Below are positions 38,681-46,623 of a DNA stretch of 64,000 bases, one piece after another. Below the pieces are notes generated by a model. The model ran no database searches. It saw only the letters and a program-made list of their open reading frames with translations, and had not been told where the DNA came from. This stretch comes from Dehalococcoidales bacterium (lineage in GTDB: Bacteria; Chloroflexota; Dehalococcoidia; Dehalococcoidales; BS750m-G39). Numbering within the stretch: the first letter of the stretch is position 1; every line of letters begins with the position of its first letter. The position numbers and the translations under genes are program-made. The stretch lies in NCBI GenBank assembly GCA_016783245.1, contig JADHWY010000001.1, positions 38,007 to 102,006 of the forward strand, in the 5' to 3' direction.

Positions 38681-39151
38681 GTGTACACCACTGAGCATAG
38701 TAGCACACAGTTACCACCTCCTTCTCAAGGGCTTTGTCGGGGCTCTGAAAAAGTACATTGTTATAAGATGATCGAAGGGGAAGCTGAAAAACTAAAGAAA
38801 CTAGTGAGCTCTATGGGAGAGGTACCAGGGCCTCACTCCGCTACCTTTTGAGGTAATAGTCGTGTTTTGGCAGGATCTGCCAAGGGAAGCCACTTACTGC
38901 TGTAAAACTAGGCGAGATTACTCTTGAACAAATTAGATGTGGGTTATCATAAATCGAAAGATAAAGGGAGCTTGGGGTACAAGCTGGAGTATGAGGTTGG
39001 CAGTGTGATTTTTATGTCAAGGTTTTAGTGCCCGAGAGGAAGTTATGTTCAGACGCGATGTGACAATGGCTGATATCTATATGGCGAGGAAGAGGACTTC
39101 ATCTATAGTCAAAAGGACCTCTTTGGCCAGTTCTCCTTCGTTAACGGAACA

Positions 39152-39218
39152 CGTTGGTGTGCCCCGGCAATCAATGATTTCTCTAGCTTTTATGTCAGGT
39201 AATTTTTAATTGCCCCAT
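39152..39218 (-). pseudogene. frameshifted 5' fragment of a second enolase-paralog gene
   Basis: Minus strand ATGGGGCAATTAAAAATTACC...GCTAGAGAAATCATTGATTGCCGGGGCACACCAACG aligns with the 5' end of the 36993 gene (MVEQLKIT..KAREIIDCRGTPT). 30/36 identity in the best block. One extra nt gives in-frame stops, and homology ends after GTPT. Confidence 0.75.
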
Positions 39219-39234
39219 CAGATAATTTTCTCCC

Positions 39235-40458
39235 TTACTGGGATATGGCTAAAGCGATGGCAGCGCTGCCGATAGCACACTGCACTAGTGATTCAAGGCT
39301 GACTCGTTCTTTAGGAGTATGCACCAGCCCTTCTTCTCCCGGCCCATAACCAATAGTAGGGATACCCCTTACTACCGCAGTATGACTCCCATCAGTAGCA
39401 AAGTGCCAGTAGGCTCGCTCTGGTTTCTGCCCCACTTCACCTAAAGCAGCATATGCACGAGCCGCTTTAGGGTGATCCGGCTCAATAAGCCAGGGAAGTT
39501 GCAGCTTTCGCGCCCGTGTTTTCCTGCCGGTGTAGCTAACCTCATCAACTTCACGCATTCGAACATAGCCGCGAAATTGTGGGTCCTCTTTTTCAATATC
39601 TTTGAGGATTGTCTCTATTTGAGCTAATATCTGTTCCACGGTCTCGGTAGGAGCAAAGCGTCTGTCTAGGCAAACGGTACACCTATCAGGTATGACACTT
39701 AGACGCCCTGGGCTGCAGGATATGATAGTGAGACTAATGGTTGACTTGCCAAATACCCGGTGAGTTGGCAGGTTATCATTAAGAGTTTGAACCTTATCCA
39801 GCACAGGCAACATCTTGTATACAGCATTTATGCCCAGCGCTGGAGCGCTACCATGACTGGTCCGACCGACAGTAGTTACTTCTAACTCCATGCGTCCTTT
39901 ATGGCCCAGCACAAACTTGAGGTTAGAAGGTTCTCCCAATACTACAAAGTCAACCTTTATCCCTTTCTGGATAAAAGTTGTATCACAGAGAAATGCCATA
40001 CCTACGCACTCAGCTGGTTCTTCTTGGACAACGCAGGAAATAATGATATCCCCTCGGTGGGACAGTCCGAGCTTTTTTATAATATAGGCGGCGTATACCT
40101 GGGAGGCGATAGCCCCTTTCATATCGCAGGTGCCACGACCATGAAGATAACCATCAAAAATGACCCCTTCGTAAGGGTCATAATCCCATTGGTCCAATTG
40201 GCCTGGGTCTACGTGGTCCATGTGGCCATTGAGCATTATGTTCTCGCCTTGGCCGTTGCCCTTAATTATTCCCACCACATTTCCCATGGCATCGGTGAAC
40301 ACCTCGTCATACTTCAGCTTTCTCATCTCACGCACAATGATTTCGGCTACCTTTTCCTCCTCACCGCTGAGGCTGGGAGTTTGTATTAACTTTTGCGCAA
40401 ATCCAGCTACATCATCGGCTATCTGAGAGCATTCTTCCTTCAAAAGCTGAAATGACAT
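39235..40458 (-). CDS. M20 family peptidase, YgeY-like
   Basis: LNGHMDHVDPG, WDYDPYEG, GRGTCDMKGA, VQEE, SHGSAP, GYGPGEE..HTPKE. The layout parallels E. coli YgeY from memory. Start set at ATG 40458 after SD AAAGGAG. Confidence 0.85.
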   Translation of the reverse strand: MSFQLLKEECSQIADDVAGFAQKLIQTPSLSGEEEKVAEIIVREMRKLKYDEVFTDAMGNVVGIIKGNGQGENIMLNGHMDHVDPGQLDQWDYDPYEGVIFDGYLHGRGTCDMKGAIASQVYAAYIIKKLGLSHRGDIIISCVVQEEPAECVGMAFLCDTTFIQKGIKVDFVVLGEPSNLKFVLGHKGRMELEVTTVGRTSHGSAPALGINAVYKMLPVLDKVQTLNDNLPTHRVFGKSTISLTIISCSPGRLSVIPDRCTVCLDRRFAPTETVEQILAQIETILKDIEKEDPQFRGYVRMREVDEVSYTGRKTRARKLQLPWLIEPDHPKAARAYAALGEVGQKPERAYWHFATDGSHTAVVRGIPTIGYGPGEEGLVHTPKERVSLESLVQCAIGSAAIALAISQ

Positions 40459-40685
40459 AGCGTCTCCTTTCGGTGGAATGGGCATTCCTATCCTACACTG
40501 GGGTTAATTAGCTGTCAAGTGTAACGGCGACTTAAAGGAATTGGGGACTGCACCCCCTCTTCTGGGGCAAGATGGCTATAAGGGTGTCTAACCGGTCATT
40601 AATCCATCCTGCCACTAACAACTCCAGATTGTTCACTATTGCACACTTGCTTGCATTGTTCACAGTTTGCTATCGCGGGTACTCG

Positions 40686-41357
40686 CTAGATTATTTCAAC
40701 CCAGAGATGGTTATACCATCGCCGATGCTCTTCACCAGCAACCTTTCGATACTTCGCTGTGGTATTGAAGCTAGCGTGCCCCAAATGCTCCTGAAGCAAC
40801 CTAAGTGCGTCACCTGAATCATCCAGTTTCATGGCGTGTACACTAAAGGCGTCCCTGAGCCGATGAGGACTGACACCTCTCACACTGCCGGTTTCTGGAT
40901 TCACCAAGTTCGGAAGCCCAGCCCTTCTAGCACAATCTCTCACTATTTGCCAGGCCCGATGTCGGTTGATGTCAAAGATAAGATTCGTCCTTGCTTCTGT
41001 TTCAATGAAGTCAGCCAACATATTCAGCGTGTCCCTATCTAAGGGAAGTGTTCTCACACGGCGATGCTCCATTTGTCGCGTTGCAGTGGCACTTATCTCC
41101 CCGCCACACTCAGGACAGAAGCGATGCCTCTTACCTAACCTTGCCCGGCACTTCAGACATGACAATTTGGCTCGTCTCTTAAGATGCAGGATTGTGATGG
41201 TACCCCTGGCAAAGTCAACATCTCCGACATAGATGGCCAAAGCCTCTGAGATGCGGCAGGCCAAACGGAAAAGAAGCCTGATAAGCAGCTCATCACGGAG
41301 GCAAGTGGCGACTCGTTCCATTGATTCTACATCTTCAAGCTCCAGATAGGTTTTCAT
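40686..41357 (-). CDS. compact tyrosine recombinase (catalytic domain only) with internal zinc-ribbon insertion
   Basis: R (ACRISEAL), HRLRDAF (HxxR), HLGHASFNTTAKY (H..Y). CLKC...CPEC is inserted after the first beta-hairpin. No SAM-like N-domain. Confidence 0.75.
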   Translation of the reverse strand: MKTYLELEDVESMERVATCLRDELLIRLLFRLACRISEALAIYVGDVDFARGTITILHLKRRAKLSCLKCRARLGKRHRFCPECGGEISATATRQMEHRRVRTLPLDRDTLNMLADFIETEARTNLIFDINRHRAWQIVRDCARRAGLPNLVNPETGSVRGVSPHRLRDAFSVHAMKLDDSGDALRLLQEHLGHASFNTTAKYRKVAGEEHRRWYNHLWVEII

Positions 41358-41581
41358 GGCATTAAGTTCTTTCTCTCGACTTTTCCTAAGTCATCCTTAC
41401 GACCAGATTCCAGCACTTGTCGGAGAGTAAAACCTGCTGACTTCAATTGCTGATGAATATAGGCATCAGAGCAGCCAAGCTTCCGAGCAGCCCGCATAAC
41501 GTAGCCGGTCCGCTTGATCGCTCTGATTATCTCTTCCATCGGTATATCTAGTCTAGGTCGCCCACGCAGTGTTTTTTCCAT
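41354..41581 (-). CDS. small HTH DNA-binding protein
   Basis: 75 aa. The segment YVMRAARKLGCSDAYIHQQLK looks like a helix-turn-helix. 4-nt overlap with the downstream recombinase. Confidence 0.55.
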   Translation of the reverse strand: MEKTLRGRPRLDIPMEEIIRAIKRTGYVMRAARKLGCSDAYIHQQLKSAGFTLRQVLESGRKDDLGKVERKNLMP

Positions 41582-41778
41582 CGCCCCTAACCGTCTTACA
41601 AAATCTAATAAAATATGCCACCGTTAATTCTTGACCTAGGATATTCCCCGCTGTGATTCTCTGCAGAATTTCCATCTCAAACGCTCTGGCCGCTTTGTCT
41701 TTTCCCTTATTTTGGGATAAAATCTAAGCGGAGAACAGAACATATCACAACATTACATTTAGCTTTGGGATTATTGAT

Positions 41779-42234
41779 ATGGCACGGATTTGCGAAAATT
41801 GCGGACATGCATTGGGTAGATATAATCCTGGGAAGAACTGTTATGCCTGCCAAGAAAAACGACGTGAGGGGATAGTAAATATGAGTGAAAGCCCAAATTA
41901 CGACGTGGGTAATCTAGCATATCTTCTAGATTTGAGCGAGGCGCAGGTAAAAAGGAATGAGAACGATGGCAAGATACCGCCGCGTATTCCTGGTATACGG
42001 AAGTATCTTTGGCCCAAAAAGGTTATTGATTACTGGAGAGAATCGGGGTTTCGTCCTTATTGGGAAGATAGCGAGGTGGCCGAAGCAGTATTATATGGCA
42101 CTACGCATGGCTGGAATCTAGTCAGCATGACATTCGGCGGTCGCAGTACTGAGCACCCCGTAGAAAGATACCGAGAAGCCAAGAAGTTCGATGAAGAAGT
42201 CCCTAGAAACGACTTTAAATGGTTTACACCTTAA
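41779..42234 (+). CDS. zinc-ribbon + excisionase-family HTH protein
   Basis: N-terminal CENCG...CYAC. The central segment LAYLLDLSEAQVKRNENDGKIPP...KYLWPKKVIDYW resembles the Xis/MerR-type HTH_17 pattern. Confidence 0.55.
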   Translation: MARICENCGHALGRYNPGKNCYACQEKRREGIVNMSESPNYDVGNLAYLLDLSEAQVKRNENDGKIPPRIPGIRKYLWPKKVIDYWRESGFRPYWEDSEVAEAVLYGTTHGWNLVSMTFGGRSTEHPVERYREAKKFDEEVPRNDFKWFTP

Positions 42235-43153
42235 GTCTGTCCACCACTCCGTATCTTAAATGCTGCCTCTTGACATCACTATCGGCCAGGTTCGCGTAGT
42301 GTCTGGTCATGAGGAGGCTGCTGTGTCCCAGCTTCTTCTGCAGGGAGAACGGGTCGCCACCATTCCTCAGATAGATGACGCTCGAGGTATGCCGCAGCTT
42401 GTGAGGGTAGCACCTATTGAGCCCGGCAACCCTGCCGTAGTATCGGACTATCTTCGTTGTCCGGCCGGCTTTGAGCGGACGCCCATCGTTTGTTAGCCAG
42501 AACCTATCTGTTGCTAGAGGCGCCGGGCGATGTTTGAGCTTGTATTTAAGAAGAGCCTTAGCCACCTTCTGGCCGAAGGGGATATAACGCTCCCTATCTC
42601 CCTTTCCCATTACCCTTAGATAGCCATTCTCAAGGTCTACATCCTCCATCGTTAACTCCACAATTTCCGAGAGTCGGGCGCCGGTGTCTACAAAGGTCAA
42701 CAGCAGGGCGTAGTCCCTGAACCCGACATCCATAGTCTTATCGGGTTTAGACAGCAGTCGTATTATTTCCCTCTCGTTAAATGTCGGCACTACCTTCTTC
42801 GGAGCCTTAGGCAGTTTAACCCTCTCCATGGGATTCTGGTCGATAAGCCCTTCATGGCATAGGGAGCTGAAGAAGGTCCGTATCGCCCTGGCATAGGTCT
42901 GTATGGATATAGCCGATATCCTCTGCTCTTCGGTCTTATTATTGGGGTGATTAAGAAACTTGGGCCTCTTCCTCAGGGCGATGATAAATCCCCTCAGGTC
43001 ATCGGCTGTTATAGTGCTAACATCGGGATCGTAGCCAAGGTAGTCCTCGAAATAGGCCACGCTTGACATAATCCACTGGACGGTCCGGGGGCTCTTTCCC
43101 TCGGCCTCGGCACAGATACGATAGGCTGCCAGCGCATCAGTTAGAGTAGTCAA
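42224..43153 (-). CDS. tyrosine-type site-specific integrase
   Basis: SAM-like N-domain (SPRTVQWIMSSVAYFEDYL), ARLSEI, HKLRHT, LGHSSLLMTRHY. Start reassigned to the TTG at 43153, 6 nt after SD AGGAG. The track N-terminus (to 43345) runs into tRNA-Arg. Confidence 0.9.
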   Translation of the reverse strand: MTTLTDALAAYRICAEAEGKSPRTVQWIMSSVAYFEDYLGYDPDVSTITADDLRGFIIALRKRPKFLNHPNNKTEEQRISAISIQTYARAIRTFFSSLCHEGLIDQNPMERVKLPKAPKKVVPTFNEREIIRLLSKPDKTMDVGFRDYALLLTFVDTGARLSEIVELTMEDVDLENGYLRVMGKGDRERYIPFGQKVAKALLKYKLKHRPAPLATDRFWLTNDGRPLKAGRTTKIVRYYGRVAGLNRCYPHKLRHTSSVIYLRNGGDPFSLQKKLGHSSLLMTRHYANLADSDVKRQHLRYGVVDRLKV

Positions 43154-43317
43154 TCTGTTCTCCTCGCGCTGACAGCTTACAACACGCTGAGGGTAGGGGC
43201 TACGACATTGCACTACATTAGCAACGTTTTCGGGTAAAGCAGCGGCTCTTTCGGCAGAAATCCCCGGTTTTTCGGCCTGGGATTCGAGGGCAGTGTAGGC
43301 GTGGCTCGGGCGTGGTA

Positions 43318-43395
43318 TGGCGTCCCTGGAGGGATTCGAACCCACGACCCGCTGCTTAGAAGGCAGCCGCTCTATCCAGCCTGAGCTACAGGGAC
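43318..43395 (-). tRNA. tRNA-Arg (anticodon TCT), CCA encoded
   Basis: Reverse complement folds as GTCCCTG/CAGGGAC acceptor and GCTGC-CTTCTAA-GCAGC anticodon arm, with T loop TTCGAAT. One T:T mismatch in the T stem. Confidence 0.88.
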
Positions 43396-43464
43396 AGGTT
43401 GTCTGCTATTCCAATATAGCACGGGCTTGGAGAGGGGTCAAGACAAGTATTTTAGTCCCATTGG

Positions 43465-43938
43465 TCACTGCGGGTGCAGCGGCCAGCCGAAGAGAAAACC
43501 GAGGCAGGCAGCGGTAACAATGGCGCCGGCAATACACACACCGATGAAAATGGATAGCAGGGCATGCTTGAATTTTATTCCAAAAATAGCGGCAGCAAGA
43601 GAGCCTGTCCAGGCACCGGTTACAGGGAGAGGGATGGCGACAAATAACACCAGCCCGATTCGCTTATACCTTTCCACAATCTTCCCCCGCCGTCTTGTGC
43701 GTTCCTCTAGCCAGCGGAGCCACCTTTTGCAGATGCCTATTTTGCTCAAGCGCTTGGAAATAGCACCAAAAAACAACAGTAGAAAGGGTACGGGGATAAG
43801 GTTGCCGGCAATAGCTAAGGGCAGGGCATGTTGCCATGAGAGATTCTGTGGATACACGGCAGAGGGTAGCACCCCCATAGCAAACAGTATTGCTCCTCGG
43901 AGTTCAACTACAGGCAGGGCAGAGATAGCGATTACCAC
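43465..43938 (-). CDS. small membrane protein, putative small multidrug export family (COG2426-like)
   Basis: LPVVELRGAI motif near the N-terminus and four hydrophobic segments. GTG start. Confidence 0.5.
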   Translation of the reverse strand: MVIAISALPVVELRGAILFAMGVLPSAVYPQNLSWQHALPLAIAGNLIPVPFLLLFFGAISKRLSKIGICKRWLRWLEERTRRRGKIVERYKRIGLVLFVAIPLPVTGAWTGSLAAAIFGIKFKHALLSIFIGVCIAGAIVTAACLGFLFGWPLHPQ

Positions 43939-44096
43939 AAGCTCCTTGGAGAAACCTAGGCGGAAAAGGATATTGAGAATACTATCGATGGGGTGCTCCC
44001 GTTTCTTGTTGCTTAAAAACGCCGTCCTGTCCCAGAACGGTACTTAGCGAGTGTAGCAAATGAGCGCTAATGCGTCAAACTGCTTTGCCAACTGGT

Positions 44097-44125
44097 TTGA
44101 CAACCGCCACCTACATTGGTAGTAT
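44097..44125 (+). promoter_or_regulatory. putative pgk operon promoter (TTGACA-17-TAGTAT)
   Basis: Hexamers at 44097-44102 and 44120-44125, 37 nt upstream of the pgk ATG. Confidence 0.5.
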
Positions 44126-44161
44126 GATTCGGCTTCACCTGTTTACTTTCGGGGTAAATTC

Positions 44162-45352
44162 ATGAGCAAAATGACTGTCAGAGACATAGATGTCGGCAGC
44201 AAAAAAACTCTGGTCAGGGTTGATTTCAATGTCCCGTTAGATGAGGAAACAGGAGCTATTACTGATGATAGTCGCATCCGGGCGGTACTGCCTACCATTA
44301 GATATCTTCTCGACCAAGACGCAAGAATTATTCTATGCTCCCACCTGGGCAGGCCTAAGGGAAAGATAATTGACAAACTGCGATTAACCGTTGTCGCCCA
44401 GCGCCTGGCACAGATTCTGGAGCATCCGGTGGTGTACACCAAGGATTGTATAGGTCCTGAGGTCGAGAAGGCAATAGGAAAATTGAACAACAGCCATATT
44501 CTACTTTTGGAGAATGTTCGTTTCCACCCCGAAGAGGAAAGAAATGAAGCCTCCTTTGCTCAAGCCCTGTCCCAGCTAGCTGATATCTATGTTAATGATG
44601 CCTTCGGCACTGCCCATCGAAGTCATGCCTCAGTAGTTGGCATTACCAGGTATCTGCCGGCAGTAGCTGGACTGCTGCTGGAAAAGGAGCTCAAAGCCCT
44701 GGGTGGTATCCTGAAAAACCCAGCTCACCCCTTTGTCTTGCTTCTTGGCGGAGCTAAGATAAGCGACAAAGTGGCTATGATAGAAAATATCATGGACAAA
44801 GTGGACTGTATCCTGATTGGCGGCGGAATGGCCGCCACTTTTTTAAAGGCAGAGTCCTACGAGGTGGGATTATCCCTGCTCGATGGCACAGTAGACCTGG
44901 CAGCCAGATTGATAGAGAACGCAGCAAAAAACAGCACGCGTCTGCTACTTCCAGTTGATGTAGTTGTTGCCGAGGAAGTGAGAAATACAGCTAAGGGCAA
45001 CATAGTATCTGTGGAGAATATATCTCCCGAAGTAAGGATTGTAGACATAGGTCCCCAGACGATAAAAATCTTTACCGAGGAATTGCAAAAGAGCAAAACA
45101 GCTTTCTGGAACGGTCCTGTGGGCATATATGAGATTTCTCAGTTTGCCAGAGGAACACTGGCTATGACTGGGGTCTTGGCTGACCTTGATGTTACTACTA
45201 TTGTTGGGGGAGGTTCTACGGCTGAAATAGTAACCAAGTCGGGATTAGGCAACGAGATGACCTTCGTCTCCACTGGTGGTGGCGCCGCACTTAAGTTTCT
45301 CGCTGGCGAAGCGCTGCCGGGAGTGGAAGCCCTGATGAATAAAAACCCATAA
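44162..45352 (+). CDS. pgk: phosphoglycerate kinase
   Basis: RVDFNVPL, SHLGRPKG, GGAKISDK, FWNGPVG(I)YE, STGGGA. Confidence 0.95.
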   Translation: MSKMTVRDIDVGSKKTLVRVDFNVPLDEETGAITDDSRIRAVLPTIRYLLDQDARIILCSHLGRPKGKIIDKLRLTVVAQRLAQILEHPVVYTKDCIGPEVEKAIGKLNNSHILLLENVRFHPEEERNEASFAQALSQLADIYVNDAFGTAHRSHASVVGITRYLPAVAGLLLEKELKALGGILKNPAHPFVLLLGGAKISDKVAMIENIMDKVDCILIGGGMAATFLKAESYEVGLSLLDGTVDLAARLIENAAKNSTRLLLPVDVVVAEEVRNTAKGNIVSVENISPEVRIVDIGPQTIKIFTEELQKSKTAFWNGPVGIYEISQFARGTLAMTGVLADLDVTTIVGGGSTAEIVTKSGLGNEMTFVSTGGGAALKFLAGEALPGVEALMNKNP

Positions 45353-45379
45353 TCAAAATAAGGTGGAGGGTCTTCATTT

Positions 45380-46597
45380 ATGACATTGCTATTGCCTGAG
45401 TTAGAATTAATAAACACAATCAGCAGACCTTCACCCACCAAGATTGTACTATTAGTTATTGATGGCTTGGGTGGGTTGCCCCACCCCCAAACAGGCAAAA
45501 CCGAACTTGAGACAGCCAATACGCCCAATCTGAACCGATTAGCAGCCAAAGCTATATGCGGACTTACCGACCCGGTAAGCTCTGGTATAACTCCGGGAAG
45601 CGCCCCAGCTCACCTGGCTTTGTTCGGCTATAATCCTTTGTGTTTTACCATTGGTCGTGGTGTGCTGGAGGCACTTGGGGTAGACTTCGACCTTGAGTGT
45701 GAAGACATGGCGGCGCGGGGGAACTTTGGCACCATTGATGGAGCAGGGTTGGTTACCGACCGCAGGGCAGGGCGCATCTCTACCGAAAAATGCGCTGAGC
45801 TGTGCCAATTGCTTGATGGATGGACAATAGATAATGTCGAAATCTTTGTTTCCCCGGTAAAGGAACACCGCTTTATAGCAGTGTTTCGGGGAGAGGGACT
45901 TGACCCCAATATCAGCGACTCCGACCCTCAGCAGCTAGGAGTAGCGCCAACATCAATCACTGCCCTCACCCCTCAAGCCGGTAGAACAGCAAAAATCGTC
46001 GCCCAGTTTGTCGCTAAGGCGCAGACAACCTTGGCTGAGCATCATCCAGCCAATGTGATTCTCCTCCGCGGCTTTTCCCATCTACCTCAGTTCCCCACTA
46101 TGGATGAGGTATATAAATTGAAGCCGGCGGCTATTGTCAGTTATCCCATGTACCGAGGGTTGGCTAAACTGGTGGGCATGGATGTTCTCCAAACAGGAAC
46201 CAGCATCGAGGATGAGATAGCTGCGCTGAAACAGGAGTACGCCAACTATGATTACTTCTTCTTGCATGTAAAAGGAGCTGATGCTGCCGGCGAAGATGGC
46301 GACTTTGACCGAAAGGTCAAGGTTATAGAGGGGGTAGATAGAGCTTTGCCCAGCCTGATGGATGTCAAGCCTGATGTTCTCGTCATTACCGGCGACCATT
46401 CCACACCAGCCTTGCTCAAAGCACACAGCTGGCACCCGGTTCCTGTTCTGCTACATTCCAAATGGTGTCGCCCTGATAAAGTGTGCCAGTTTTCTGAGTC
46501 GGCCTGTTCTTCTGGTGGGCTGGGGCGATTGCCGGCGATACAAATCATGCTGCTGGCTATGGCTAATGCCCTGAAGCTGACAAAATTCGGCGCTTGA
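45380..46597 (+). CDS. apgM: cofactor-independent phosphoglycerate mutase, archaeal type
   Basis: LLVIDGLGG, TPNLNRLA, VKGADAAGEDGDF, ITGDHSTP. About 400 aa, the ApgM architecture. Confidence 0.85.
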   Translation: MTLLLPELELINTISRPSPTKIVLLVIDGLGGLPHPQTGKTELETANTPNLNRLAAKAICGLTDPVSSGITPGSAPAHLALFGYNPLCFTIGRGVLEALGVDFDLECEDMAARGNFGTIDGAGLVTDRRAGRISTEKCAELCQLLDGWTIDNVEIFVSPVKEHRFIAVFRGEGLDPNISDSDPQQLGVAPTSITALTPQAGRTAKIVAQFVAKAQTTLAEHHPANVILLRGFSHLPQFPTMDEVYKLKPAAIVSYPMYRGLAKLVGMDVLQTGTSIEDEIAALKQEYANYDYFFLHVKGADAAGEDGDFDRKVKVIEGVDRALPSLMDVKPDVLVITGDHSTPALLKAHSWHPVPVLLHSKWCRPDKVCQFSESACSSGGLGRLPAIQIMLLAMANALKLTKFGA

Positions 46598-46623
46598 CCA
46601 AACCGCTGTCAGGAGATGTGAAT

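Larger units (their letters stand above)
40686..43395. mobile_element. recombination module of an integrative element at the 3' end of tRNA-Arg
   Basis: The tRNA 3' end faces an integrase 165 bp away, followed by Xis-like, HTH and second recombinase genes. Cargo extent and left att were not determined. Confidence 0.6.

Noticed and set aside
43154-43345. N-terminal 64 residues of the track's integrase ORF (MGSNPSRDA...)
   Set aside because: The extension overlaps the 3' end of tRNA-Arg and has no SD. A TTG with a proper AGGAG SD at 43153 gives a normal integrase N-terminus.
43427-44047. 206-aa plus-strand ORF
   Set aside because: It is antisense to the small multidrug-export-like membrane gene (43465..43938) and runs from within 35 nt of tRNA-Arg. 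It is Arg/Ala/Pro-rich and matches no family. It is a shadow ORF.
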